Origin: an uncultured Thermoleophilaceae bacterium
Lineage (GTDB): Bacteria; Actinomycetota; Thermoleophilia; Solirubrobacterales; Thermoleophilaceae
Direction: 5' to 3'
Assembly: GCA_963825475.1 (NCBI GenBank)
Contig: CAWGTC010000001.1
Location: 315,742-379,741 of the forward strand
Length of the DNA: 64,000 bases
Shown here in pieces: positions 7,578-15,736 of this stretch (position 1 is the first letter of the stretch; the number at the start of each line of letters is the position of its first letter). A program made the translations under genes and the position numbers. The notes below the pieces were generated by a model that was given only the letters and a program-made list of their open reading frames with translations, searched no databases and was not told the origin of the DNA.

Positions 7578-8912
7578 CTAGAGGCCGCGGCGCCCGAGGA
7601 CGTGCGGGATCGTCCTCATCAGGATCTGCACGTCCGACCACAGCGACCAGTTCACGATGTACAGGTAGTCCAGCGCGACCATGTCCTCGAGCGGCAGGCG
7701 TGTGAAGGGGAGCACCTGCCACACGCCCGTCATCCCCGGCGTGAGATCGAGGCGGCCGCGCTGCCAGCCGATCACCTGGCTGTCCTCGTCGATGATCAGG
7801 GGTCGCGGACCCACCAGGCTCATGTCTCCGCGCAGGACGTTGAACAGCTGCGGCAGCTCATCCAGCGACGCGCCTCTGAGCAGCCGGCCGACACGCGTGA
7901 CCCGGGGGTCGTCCTCGATCTTGAACAGCCCCTCTTCGCGCAACGCCTCGAGCTCGAAGAGGTCGGGCTTCCGATCCTCGGCGTCCATGGCCATCGACCG
8001 GAACTTCAGGATCTGGAAGCTGTCTCCCTTGCGCCCGATGCGCGTCTGGCGAAAGAAGACGGGGCCCCGGGTATCGATCTTGATGGCGAGCGCGATCACC
8101 GCCATGAACGGCGAAAGCAGCAGCAGCCCGGCGCCCGAAAGAAGCGCGTCCATGGATCGCTTGAGGGCGAGCGAGGAGCGGGAGAGCCCGTAGCTGCGGA
8201 CCCCGAGAAGGGTGGAACCCGAGATGTCGTCGAACTCGACGGCCGAACCGAGGACCTCGAAGAGGCCCGGAAGCACACTGACCTTGATCCCCTTGGACTT
8301 GAACAGGCGGATCGTCTCCAGCATCTCGTGGAAGCCGTGATCGGTGTGGGTCACGATCACGCGGTGGAAGTCGCTGCGAGCGAGGTAGTCGCCGAAGGTC
8401 TCGGCGTCCTCACCGCGAGCGGTCACGCGGTTGAAGGGAATCAGCGCCACCAGTTTCGCGTTCAGCGACGGCTGGCAGTCGAGCAGGCGCTTTATCCGGG
8501 CGGCGTACGACACATCGCCCACCAGGACGCATCGTTCGGCGGGGGTTGCGGTCCGGGCCAATCGCCGTGCCAGCGTGCGACAGGTGAGCGTGCCGGTGAA
8601 CAGCACTGCCCAGAACGCGAACAGGGCGATGAAGCCCGGGGGGTCGGTCTCCAGCGCCGCCTGGGCGAACACGACCACGAGCGTGACCAGCGTGCTGAGA
8701 TGCAGGACCGAGGGCGCCTCGTTCAGGGTGGTCTTGTGGAGGACCAACTCGTCGCGGTCGTACAGCCCCATCATCTTCGCGGCGACCACGCAGACCGGCA
8801 GTGCCAGCAGCGACCCGAGCGAGATGAACGACGATGCGAGGGTCAGCCCGACCGAGCAGACGGCAAGGCCCACCGCGAAGAGGTCGGCGACGGCAAGCAT
8901 CCGCCGGTACAC
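7578..8912 (-). CDS. Polyprenyl-phosphate glycosyl-1-phosphate transferase (WbaP/exopolysaccharide initiating sugar transferase family)
   Basis: The C-terminal bacterial sugar transferase domain is clear: PVFFRQTRIGRKGDSFQILKFRSM...DDPRVTRVGRLLRGASLDELPQLFNVLRGDMSLVGPRP. It is preceded by 4-5 TM segments. The 742-aa track ORF is trimmed to GTG 8912 (or ATG 8900) because the upstream part is compositional noise and overlaps the cyclase gene. Confidence 0.85.
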   Translation of the reverse strand: MYRRMLAVADLFAVGLAVCSVGLTLASSFISLGSLLALPVCVVAAKMMGLYDRDELVLHKTTLNEAPSVLHLSTLVTLVVVFAQAALETDPPGFIALFAFWAVLFTGTLTCRTLARRLARTATPAERCVLVGDVSYAARIKRLLDCQPSLNAKLVALIPFNRVTARGEDAETFGDYLARSDFHRVIVTHTDHGFHEMLETIRLFKSKGIKVSVLPGLFEVLGSAVEFDDISGSTLLGVRSYGLSRSSLALKRSMDALLSGAGLLLLSPFMAVIALAIKIDTRGPVFFRQTRIGRKGDSFQILKFRSMAMDAEDRKPDLFELEALREEGLFKIEDDPRVTRVGRLLRGASLDELPQLFNVLRGDMSLVGPRPLIIDEDSQVIGWQRGRLDLTPGMTGVWQVLPFTRLPLEDMVALDYLYIVNWSLWSDVQILMRTIPHVLGRRGL

Positions 8913-9152
8913 CTTGTCGCGGTAGGCGACATCGTCCCGAGGGGCGGATTCGGTGATCCGGGCTGCGCCACGCCCGTCGGTGCCGCGTCGCCGCGGCGCT
9001 CGGACTGTCGGCCTAGCGGGGGCGCCAGGTTTAATGATGAGGTGGACTCCATCCCTCCTGCAAAACGCGATGTTGCCCGGCTGTGTGTAACCGGGCCTTT
9101 GTCGGACGGAGAAACGTAAAGCACTGATGCGACCGTCGCAAGCAGGCGCGGC

Positions 9153-10997
9153 GTGATCGCCGGCGGGCTCGGGGCCGGCCACGGTCGGGTCCGAGACCCC
9201 GGCCGGGCCGCCGGACCGGAGGCCACCCATCGCGAGGCCGGAGCGCTGCGGCTGGCTTGGAACGGAGGCGCGGAGGCCCACGAGGCCGATGGCCTGCTCG
9301 TCGTACTCGACGGATTTCTGCTCGGGCCGATGGCCGATCTGGCGAACGTGGCCGAAGCCTGGCGCCGGGCGGGCAATTCGGTGACCGACCAGTTGCAGGG
9401 TGCCTTCACGATCGTGATCTGGGACGGACGCTCGCAGCGTGGCATCGTGGCTTGCGATCACTTCTCCCTCCGCGTCTGCCTCATGCACGGGACCGAGGGC
9501 GGGACGCTGCGCTTCTCGACCCATCTGCCGACGCTTCGGCGCATGCTCGCGAGCGATCCCGGGCCCGAGCCTCAGGTGATCGTGCCGTGGATCGCGCCCC
9601 AGTACCTCCAAGGTCACAAGACCATGCTGGCCGGAGTCGAGCGCGTCGGTGGTGCGCGATTGCTCGAGCTGAGCGCCGGCGGCTGGCGCCGGCGGCGCTA
9701 CTGGCGCCCGACGTGGAACGGCACGCTCGACGCGCCTCGCGCGGAGCTGGCCGCGATGCTTCGCAGCGAGCTGGCGCGCGCCGTGGCCCAGCGATTGGCC
9801 CCCCACACCCCAACGGGCACGATCCTCAGCGGCGGGCTGGACTCGTCCGTGGTCCTGGCCACCGCGGCCGCGCTCGAACCGCGCCCCGACCTCAGGGCCT
9901 ACTCGACCGTTTTCCCGGATTGGCCCGCGGCCGACGAGTCGCAGCGAATAGCTGCCACCACCGGTTTTCTCGACGTGCCCGCCTCACGGTTCGTAGTACG
10001 TCCCCAAGGTGCCTTGCGCATGGCCCTCGAGCAGCTGCGCGACTCGGGAACGGTTCCCGGCGGACCCGGCGGACTGGTCGAGCGTCCGGGCGTCCGGCAG
10101 GCTGCCGCCGATGGCGTGCACGTGCTATTCGACGGACAGGGGGGCGACGAGGTCTTCGGCAGCTCCCCGTACCTCCTTGCGGATCGCCTGCGCCGAGGCA
10201 ACGTCCGGGGCGCGGTCCGGCTGCTTCGGCGGACGGTGCCCTACCTGCGGCGGCGAACTTCCCAGGCTGCCGCCTGGACTCTCTTGCGCGACTTCGGTCT
10301 GAGCCCGGCGCTGCCTCGGCGGGCTCGCGTGGCGGTCGCGCGCCGGGGCGTCCGTGGCCATCACGCGCCCGAATGGCTCACCGCCGCCTCCGGCCGCACG
10401 CTTTCGGACGTGCACCAGCCGTGGCCTTGGATCGACGACGAGTCCGATGTGCCGCGGTGGTGGGCGTATCAGTCCTACCTGCTCACGGATCACGTAGAAG
10501 GCAGCGGCTTGGGTGAGCACATGTGGGAGCGCGCGGCTCCGTTCGGGATGCGCTCCGCTGCCCCGCTCTTCGATCTGGGCCTCGTGCAGCTCGTGCTGCG
10601 GATGCCTCCCGAAGCGACGTGGCAGCGGGTCGACCGCTCGCTGGCACGGGAGGCGGTGGCCGGCCGGCTCCCGGAGGCCGTGCGCAACAACCGCAGAAAG
10701 GCGAACATCGGGCCCTTCTACCTCGATCTGCTGACCGGGCCCGACAACACGATCGTGCGGGAGCTGCTTCTGGATCCGCGCGCGCGGGTACGCGGGTTCG
10801 TCGATCCCGTGTGGCTGGACCGGAGCCTCGCCCGCCTGCCGACGAGGGCGGACGCCGACTGGCTCATGTGGACCACCGTGGCCTGGCGTCTGGCGATGGC
10901 CGAGTGCTGGCTGCGCTGGCTCGAGGAGCCTGGCTTTCCCGAGTCCATGCTCGACCGGCCGGACCTCCCCGAGGTCTCCGCCCGCCCGGCGACCTAG
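9153..10997 (+). CDS. Lasso peptide cyclase (asparagine synthetase homologue, C protein)
   Basis: 614 aa with an Asn_synthase PP-loop (GTILSGGLDSSVV). The N-terminus (VIAGGLGAG) lacks the Cys2 nucleophile of true AsnB. Precursor, PqqD, B2 and ABC genes are adjacent. Confidence 0.85.
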   Translation: MIAGGLGAGHGRVRDPGRAAGPEATHREAGALRLAWNGGAEAHEADGLLVVLDGFLLGPMADLANVAEAWRRAGNSVTDQLQGAFTIVIWDGRSQRGIVACDHFSLRVCLMHGTEGGTLRFSTHLPTLRRMLASDPGPEPQVIVPWIAPQYLQGHKTMLAGVERVGGARLLELSAGGWRRRRYWRPTWNGTLDAPRAELAAMLRSELARAVAQRLAPHTPTGTILSGGLDSSVVLATAAALEPRPDLRAYSTVFPDWPAADESQRIAATTGFLDVPASRFVVRPQGALRMALEQLRDSGTVPGGPGGLVERPGVRQAAADGVHVLFDGQGGDEVFGSSPYLLADRLRRGNVRGAVRLLRRTVPYLRRRTSQAAAWTLLRDFGLSPALPRRARVAVARRGVRGHHAPEWLTAASGRTLSDVHQPWPWIDDESDVPRWWAYQSYLLTDHVEGSGLGEHMWERAAPFGMRSAAPLFDLGLVQLVLRMPPEATWQRVDRSLAREAVAGRLPEAVRNNRRKANIGPFYLDLLTGPDNTIVRELLLDPRARVRGFVDPVWLDRSLARLPTRADADWLMWTTVAWRLAMAECWLRWLEEPGFPESMLDRPDLPEVSARPAT

Positions 10998-11079
10998 CAC
11001 TTCTTCCAGTCTTGTCCCCGGGTCGGGTGGTGCGTAAAGTCCGGCCGACTGCAAGAGCAGCCTGACGAAACGGAGTCTC

Positions 11080-11247
11080 ATGGAGCAGGGAACACCTCAG
11101 TACGACTTGCCGCGGCTGGTGGACTACGGCCGGCTGCAGGATGTCACCGCCAACAACGGCCAGCCCGTGTTCGTCGACGTCCCGCAGGGCACGCCGGTTC
11201 CGCCGCCCAGCGGCGACATCGTCGGCGACGACGACAACCTGAGCTAG
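11080..11247 (+). CDS. Lasso peptide precursor A1 (55 aa)
   Basis: Not in the ORF track because it is under 60 aa. Sequence: MEQGTPQYDLPRLVDYGRLQDVTANNGQPVFVDVPQGTPVPPPSGDIVGDDDNLS. The leader fits YxxPxLxxxG with Thr at -2. The predicted core is NNGQPVFVD..., with Asp9 as ring acceptor and a C-terminal Ser. GGAG lies 6-9 nt upstream. Confidence 0.8.
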   Translation: MEQGTPQYDLPRLVDYGRLQDVTANNGQPVFVDVPQGTPVPPPSGDIVGDDDNLS

Positions 11248-11250
11248 ATC

Positions 11251-11415
11251 GTGGAACGCGAGACCATCAAGTACGACACGTCGCCCTCCATCACCGATTA
11301 CGGCGATCTGGCGGCGATCACCGCCAACAACAATATCCCGCAGTTCGTCGACGTCCCGCAGGGCACGCCGGTCGGCCAGGGCCCGATCGTCGGCGACGAC
11401 GACAACCTGAGCTAG
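11251..11415 (+). CDS. Lasso peptide precursor A2 (54 aa)
   Basis: The GTG start lies 3 nt after the A1 stop. Sequence: VERETIKYDTSPSITDYGDLAAITANNNIPQFVDVPQGTPVGQGPIVGDDDNLS. The TA|NN...FVD junction and the GDDDNLS end match A1. Confidence 0.75.
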   Translation: MERETIKYDTSPSITDYGDLAAITANNNIPQFVDVPQGTPVGQGPIVGDDDNLS

Positions 11416-11428
11416 CGCCGGTCACCTG

Positions 11429-11448
11429 CTCCACGCCGTCGCGTGGAG
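11429..11448 (+). terminator. Stem-loop immediately after the precursor genes (8-bp stem ctccacgc/gcgtggag, 4-nt loop)
   Basis: Perfect inverted repeat 14 nt after the A2 stop. There is no U-tract, so it is more likely an attenuator or stabiliser than a full terminator. Confidence 0.35.
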
Positions 11449-11692
11449 GTCTAGGCTGCGCCCGTGCCTGCAGGGACGGACGGGGTCGAGATATGGGTGC
11501 TGCTCGAAGCCGAGGACCCTGCGCGGGCGACCGTGCTCGAGACCCTGTCGGCATCGCCAGGGCTCGCGCCCGTGGTTCGTCCATGGCCGGCCCGCGAGCG
11601 AGTGCGGCCGGCCGGCGGCCTTCCTCTGCCGCTATCCAACCTCTGAGCAGCCGACCGCTCTCAAGCGGCGTCTGGGTGGCGCCCGGGCGATC

Positions 11693-12088
11693 GTGCTCGC
11701 CGCGTCCGGCATCCGGCGAGACGACGCGCGCGCAGCAATCGCCCAGGGCGCCGATGCCGTGCTGCTCGAGGACGACGCGCCGGCCGTAGTGCTGCCGGCG
11801 GTGCATGCGGCGCTGGCGGGGCTCGTGGTGCTCTCGGCGGCCCTCGGGCCGGCGGTGGCGCGCTCCCCGCTGACGCCGCGGGAGAAGCAGGTGCTGGCGC
11901 TGGTCGTGATGGGCTACTCGAATCGGGAGATCGCCGATCAGCTGGTGGTCGCGGAGAGCACGGTCAAGAGCCACCTCTTCTCCGCTTTCCGCCGGCTCGG
12001 CGTGCGTTCACGCAGCGAGGCCGTGGCCCTGATCACCGACCCGGGACGCGGCCTGGGAAGCGGGATTTTGACCATCGCACGCGAGTAG
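11693..12088 (+). CDS. LuxR/NarL-type HTH regulator; an upstream receiver-like part may be split by a frameshift
   Basis: The C-terminal HTH is LTPREKQVLALVVMGYSNREIADQLVVAESTVKSHLFSAFRRLGVRSRSEAVALI. Frame 1 from GTG 11464 reads VEIWVLLEAEDPARATVLETLSASPGLAPVV (receiver beta1-alpha1-beta2-like), but it stops at 11646. Confidence 0.65.
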   Translation: MLAASGIRRDDARAAIAQGADAVLLEDDAPAVVLPAVHAALAGLVVLSAALGPAVARSPLTPREKQVLALVVMGYSNREIADQLVVAESTVKSHLFSAFRRLGVRSRSEAVALITDPGRGLGSGILTIARE

Positions 12089-12110
12089 GGGCGGCAGGTA
12101 TCCTCCCCAC

Positions 12111-12413
12111 GTGGGACCGACCAGTGTTGACCAGAGCACCCCCCGGCGGGTCACGATTCCCCAGCATGTCGTCTTTCGCAAGTTCGTGGACGAGACGGTG
12201 GTCCTCAACCTCGAATCCGGGTGCTACCACGGGCTCAATCCGATAGCCGGGTACATGCTCGAGCTGCTTGGTGAGATGGGCGATGTGAGTGCCGTGATCG
12301 AGCGGATCGTCGACGAGACCGGGGTCGCGGAGGACAAGGTGGGCGTCGACCTGCGTGCGCTCTGCGCCTCCCTCGCCGAGCGGGGTCTGATCGAGGTCGA
12401 TGCAGAGAGCTGA
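12111..12413 (+). CDS. PqqD-family RiPP recognition element (lasso B1)
   Basis: 100 aa: ...IPQHVVFRKFVDETVVLNLESGCYHGLNPIAGYMLELLGEMGDVSAVIERIVDETGVAEDKVGVDLRALCASLAERGLIEV. This is the classic PqqD pattern. Confidence 0.85.
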   Translation: MGPTSVDQSTPRRVTIPQHVVFRKFVDETVVLNLESGCYHGLNPIAGYMLELLGEMGDVSAVIERIVDETGVAEDKVGVDLRALCASLAERGLIEVDAES

Positions 12414-13353
12414 GCCCGGCGGCGACGCCGCGCTCGGCCTGCGCTTCACCGGAGACCCTCTTCCCGGCCTCGTGGCCGGAGTAGAGGGCGACCTGCCGTC
12501 GGTAGCCGTGGAGCGCGCCGGCGAGGCCGTGATCGACGAACGCTGGGCCGAGGCGACAGCTCCTGAAGTGATCTTCGCCCGCCCCAATCGTGACGGGACT
12601 CCCTTCCTTCGCATCGAGGCCGACGACTCTGCGGGGTACCGGGTGTCGGCCCGCGGCTACGGCACGCACCTGATCAGCGCGGACGGCAGTGACTGCGTCT
12701 CGAGCCTCCCGGGCGGACCGGCCTGGCGTGGACTGCGGCTGCTGGCCAGCCAGACCATTCCGCTCCTTACCACGCTCCGTGGCCGCGAGGTGATGCACGC
12801 GGCCGGGGCCGTGGTAGGTCAGCGCCTGATCGGCCTCGTAGCCCCATCCGGGACCGGGAAGAGCTCGACGGCGTGCAACCTGATCGCGCACGGCGGAAGC
12901 TTCTTCGCCGACGACGTGCTCGCCCTCGATCTCGTGGACGGCCGCGTTCGCGCCCATCCCGGCCCGCGACTAGTGAGCGTGCATCCGCGCGATCTCGGAG
13001 CGATTCCCGAAGGGCCCCGCGCGAGGATCGGCACACGGCTGGACCAGAGCAACAAGGTGCACCTCGAGCCGGCGGGCTTCCCCCGGGCGCTGCCGCTGCA
13101 CGCCATGGTCTTCCTCGACCGCCGTCCGGAGACGGCGACCACGACCATCTCGGCGCTCGACAACGTGGCCCCGCGACTGCTCGGCAATGCTTTCGTGTCC
13201 TACTTCGACGCTCCCGAGAGGCTGGCGCGGCAGCTCGAGATCGCGGGCACGCTGGCGGAGACCATCCCGCTGGCCAGCCTCGACATCGCGGCCGGGGACG
13301 GCGCCTCCACGGTCGCGCGCCGGGTCGGCGAATGGGTGGAGACCCTCCCGTGA
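12400..13353 (+). CDS. HPr kinase-like P-loop kinase (lasso precursor C-terminal Ser kinase type)
   Basis: 317 aa. GLVAPSGTGKSSTACNLIAHGGSFFADDVLAL resembles the HprK C-terminal domain (GxSGxGKS...ADD). It overlaps B1 by 14 nt and B2 by 4 nt. Confidence 0.8.
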   Translation: MQRAEPGGDAALGLRFTGDPLPGLVAGVEGDLPSVAVERAGEAVIDERWAEATAPEVIFARPNRDGTPFLRIEADDSAGYRVSARGYGTHLISADGSDCVSSLPGGPAWRGLRLLASQTIPLLTTLRGREVMHAAGAVVGQRLIGLVAPSGTGKSSTACNLIAHGGSFFADDVLALDLVDGRVRAHPGPRLVSVHPRDLGAIPEGPRARIGTRLDQSNKVHLEPAGFPRALPLHAMVFLDRRPETATTTISALDNVAPRLLGNAFVSYFDAPERLARQLEIAGTLAETIPLASLDIAAGDGASTVARRVGEWVETLP

Positions 13354-13787
13354 GCGGCGCGGCGCGTGCCGGCCTCGATCCGCTCCTGCGCGCGTCACCT
13401 CTGCCCCCGGTGGTTCGTGCCCGGATCGGCGCCGAGATTATCGCGACCTATGCCGAGGTCAGGTGGCGGATGCTCCGTGGCGATATCCGGGACGTCGTGG
13501 CCACGTTGCGCGGGGAGACCGACGATGTGCACGACCTCTCCGATGCGCGCCGGATGGGCATCCGTCTCGGACGGGCGGTGCGCCGGACGCTCGATCCGCT
13601 TCCGTTCGACTCGCGTTGTTTGATGCGCTCGCTCGTGCTGCAGCGCATGCTCGCGCGGCGGGGAGTCGTCTGCCGGCTCGTGATCGGCGTCCGCCCGGGG
13701 GAGACCCTCGAGGCCCATGCCTGGATCGAGCACGGGGGCCTGCCGTTGCTGCCCACGCTCGGCTATGAGCCACTCACGGTCCTCTGA
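13350..13787 (+). CDS. Lasso peptide leader peptidase B2 (transglutaminase-like Cys protease)
   Basis: GTG 13350 overlaps the kinase stop (GTGA). Sequence: ...FDSRCLMRSLVLQRMLARRGVVCRLVIGVRPGETLEAHAWIEHGGLPLLP. The Cys...His spacing is typical of McjB-like B2 proteins. This is the tail of track ORF 12873..13787. Confidence 0.85.
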   Translation: MSGAARAGLDPLLRASPLPPVVRARIGAEIIATYAEVRWRMLRGDIRDVVATLRGETDDVHDLSDARRMGIRLGRAVRRTLDPLPFDSRCLMRSLVLQRMLARRGVVCRLVIGVRPGETLEAHAWIEHGGLPLLPTLGYEPLTVL

Positions 13788-13788
13788 G

Positions 13789-15684
13789 TCAGCGGTATGC
13801 GGCGGCCTGCAGGTCGAACAGCTCGGCGTAGCGGCCGCCGAGCGCCACGAGCTGCTCGTGTGAGCCCTCCTCGACGATCGCGCCTTCGTGCAGGACGTAT
13901 ATGCGGTCGGCCGATCTGACGGTGGAGAAGCGGTGGGAGATCAGCAGCACGGAGCGTCCGCGGGCCAGGGCCTGGACGTACTCGAACAGCTCGTGCTCCG
14001 AGCGGGCGTCGAGCGACGCTGTCGGCTCGTCGAGCACCAGCAGGCGAGCCTCCCTGAAGAAGGCGCGCGCGAGCGCGATGCGCTGCCATTGGCCCAGCGA
14101 CAGGTCATACCCGCCCGTGAACTCCTTGCCCAGAAGCGTCTCGTAGCCCTGGGGCAGGCGTTCGAGATAGTCGTGGGCACCGGCCTGCTTCGCCGCCTCG
14201 ATGATCGCCTGCGTGTCCTCGACCGCCTCCGCTCTGCCGAACCCGATGTTCTCCCGCGCGGTGAGCTGATAGCGCACGAAATCTTGGAAGATCACGCCTA
14301 CGTGGCGCCTGAGCGCGCGCCGGTCGAGCGTGCGGATGTCGATGCCGTCCCACAGCACCCTGCCTTCCGTGGGCGTGAACAGCGCACCGAGCAGCTTGGC
14401 GAGCGTCGTCTTGCCTGAGCCGTTCTCCCCGACGAGGGCTACCACCTCCCCTGCGCCGATCCGCAACGACACGCCGTTCAGCGCCTTGTACTCGGCGTTG
14501 GGATAGGCGAAGTGCACGTTCTCCACGACGAGCTCGCTGAACGGCGCCACCTCCTCGAGGGGGGCGGAGGTGCGCTCGGAGGTCGCCGCCGGCGCCCGAG
14601 CGAGGAAGCGATGGAGGTCGCCAAGGAACAGGCTTGACTCGAAGAGCCGGCTGATGCCCTTGAACACCTGCTCGATGCGCGATCCCAGGAGGCGAATCGC
14701 GAGCACCGCGGCCCCTGCCTCCGCCAGACCGATCCGGTCCGAGAGCACGAACGAGATCAGCAGCGCGAACGCGGCGCTCGTGACCACCACTGTCGCGAGC
14801 GTCCCGGCCAGGGCAAGAAGCAGCCGGCGCCGGACATGGACGCGCAGGTCACGCAGGTAGTCCAGGTAGCTGCGATCCCAGCGGCGGCGAAGGATCTGGC
14901 CTAGGCCGAAGGCCCGCAGCTCCTTCGCCTCCTCACGTCCGATCAGCGTCTGGACGAGGTAGAAGCGCAACCGGGTGCCCGGGGTCTGCTCGACGTTGAA
15001 GCCGAACTCGATCTTCCCCGTCGCCCGGGAGAGGAGCCACAGCGGCAGCGCCGACGCGAACAGGATGGGCACCACGAGCGGCTCGATGATGACCAGGGCC
15101 ACGGTGAGCCCGACCGCCCCGAGGATGCCCCCAATTGTCGCGATCAGGCCCTGTGAAAGGGTCAGAGGCTGAAGCAGAGCGTTGGTCTGGACCCGCTGGA
15201 GGTCGTCGAAGAACTCGGGCGACTCGAAGGTCTCCAGGTCCACCGCCGTGGTCACGGAGAGCATGGAGTCGAGCGTCGAGCGTTGCACGTGCTCGCCGAG
15301 CATTCGCTGGGCAAGGGTCTGGAAGGAGCCGGCGAAGCTGCCGAGCGCGCCCGCGGCCACGAGGCCGATCAGCGGGGGCAGAGCATCGAGCACGGCGCCG
15401 TCCGACTGCGTGGTCTCGAGAATGGCCTCGAGCGCCAGCTTGCCGAGAAGGACTTGGACGCCGAGCAGCACGGCGACGAAGATCTGCGCCACGGCGCAGA
15501 GATCGAACAGCCGGGGATTCGCCTCGCGGGCCAGCTTCACCGCCGAGCGTGCGATACCCGGCAGGCTGCGAACCGTCCTGGGCCTCCCCTTCCCCGACAG
15601 GTAGTACTGCTGGCGGTCGAAGGGCTTCTGGTCGCTCTCTCCCTCCGCGCCTGACGGCGGCGGCTTCCCACTGTCGTCAGGCAT
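13789..15684 (-). CDS. ABC transporter, fused permease/ATPase (lasso exporter D type)
   Basis: Walker A is GENGSGKTT, the signature is LSLGQWQR, Walker B is LLVLDEPT, and 6 TM segments lie N-terminal. The start is trimmed to ATG 15684 (MPDDSGKPP...), which avoids overlap with the divergent gene at 15737. Confidence 0.85.
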   Translation of the reverse strand: MPDDSGKPPPSGAEGESDQKPFDRQQYYLSGKGRPRTVRSLPGIARSAVKLAREANPRLFDLCAVAQIFVAVLLGVQVLLGKLALEAILETTQSDGAVLDALPPLIGLVAAGALGSFAGSFQTLAQRMLGEHVQRSTLDSMLSVTTAVDLETFESPEFFDDLQRVQTNALLQPLTLSQGLIATIGGILGAVGLTVALVIIEPLVVPILFASALPLWLLSRATGKIEFGFNVEQTPGTRLRFYLVQTLIGREEAKELRAFGLGQILRRRWDRSYLDYLRDLRVHVRRRLLLALAGTLATVVVTSAAFALLISFVLSDRIGLAEAGAAVLAIRLLGSRIEQVFKGISRLFESSLFLGDLHRFLARAPAATSERTSAPLEEVAPFSELVVENVHFAYPNAEYKALNGVSLRIGAGEVVALVGENGSGKTTLAKLLGALFTPTEGRVLWDGIDIRTLDRRALRRHVGVIFQDFVRYQLTARENIGFGRAEAVEDTQAIIEAAKQAGAHDYLERLPQGYETLLGKEFTGGYDLSLGQWQRIALARAFFREARLLVLDEPTASLDARSEHELFEYVQALARGRSVLLISHRFSTVRSADRIYVLHEGAIVEEGSHEQLVALGGRYAELFDLQAAAYR

Positions 15685-15736
15685 CGAGGAGAGGATACGT
15701 CGAGGAGTCAGGAAGCTGAATGTAAGGTGCGCTCCC

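Noticed and set aside
7602-9119. 505-aa plus-strand ORF and the first 300 codons of the 742-aa minus ORF (8913..9806)
   Set aside because: The plus ORF is antisense to the sugar-transferase gene. The upstream extension of the minus ORF has no TM or domain signal and overlaps the lasso cyclase gene. The start was moved to 8912/8900.
9257-10516. 419-aa alternative frame inside the cyclase gene, and the minus ORF 10125..11081
   Set aside because: Both are Arg/Gly/Pro-rich with no motifs. The frame starting at 9153 carries the SGGLDS PP-loop and full-length Asn-synthase-like similarity.
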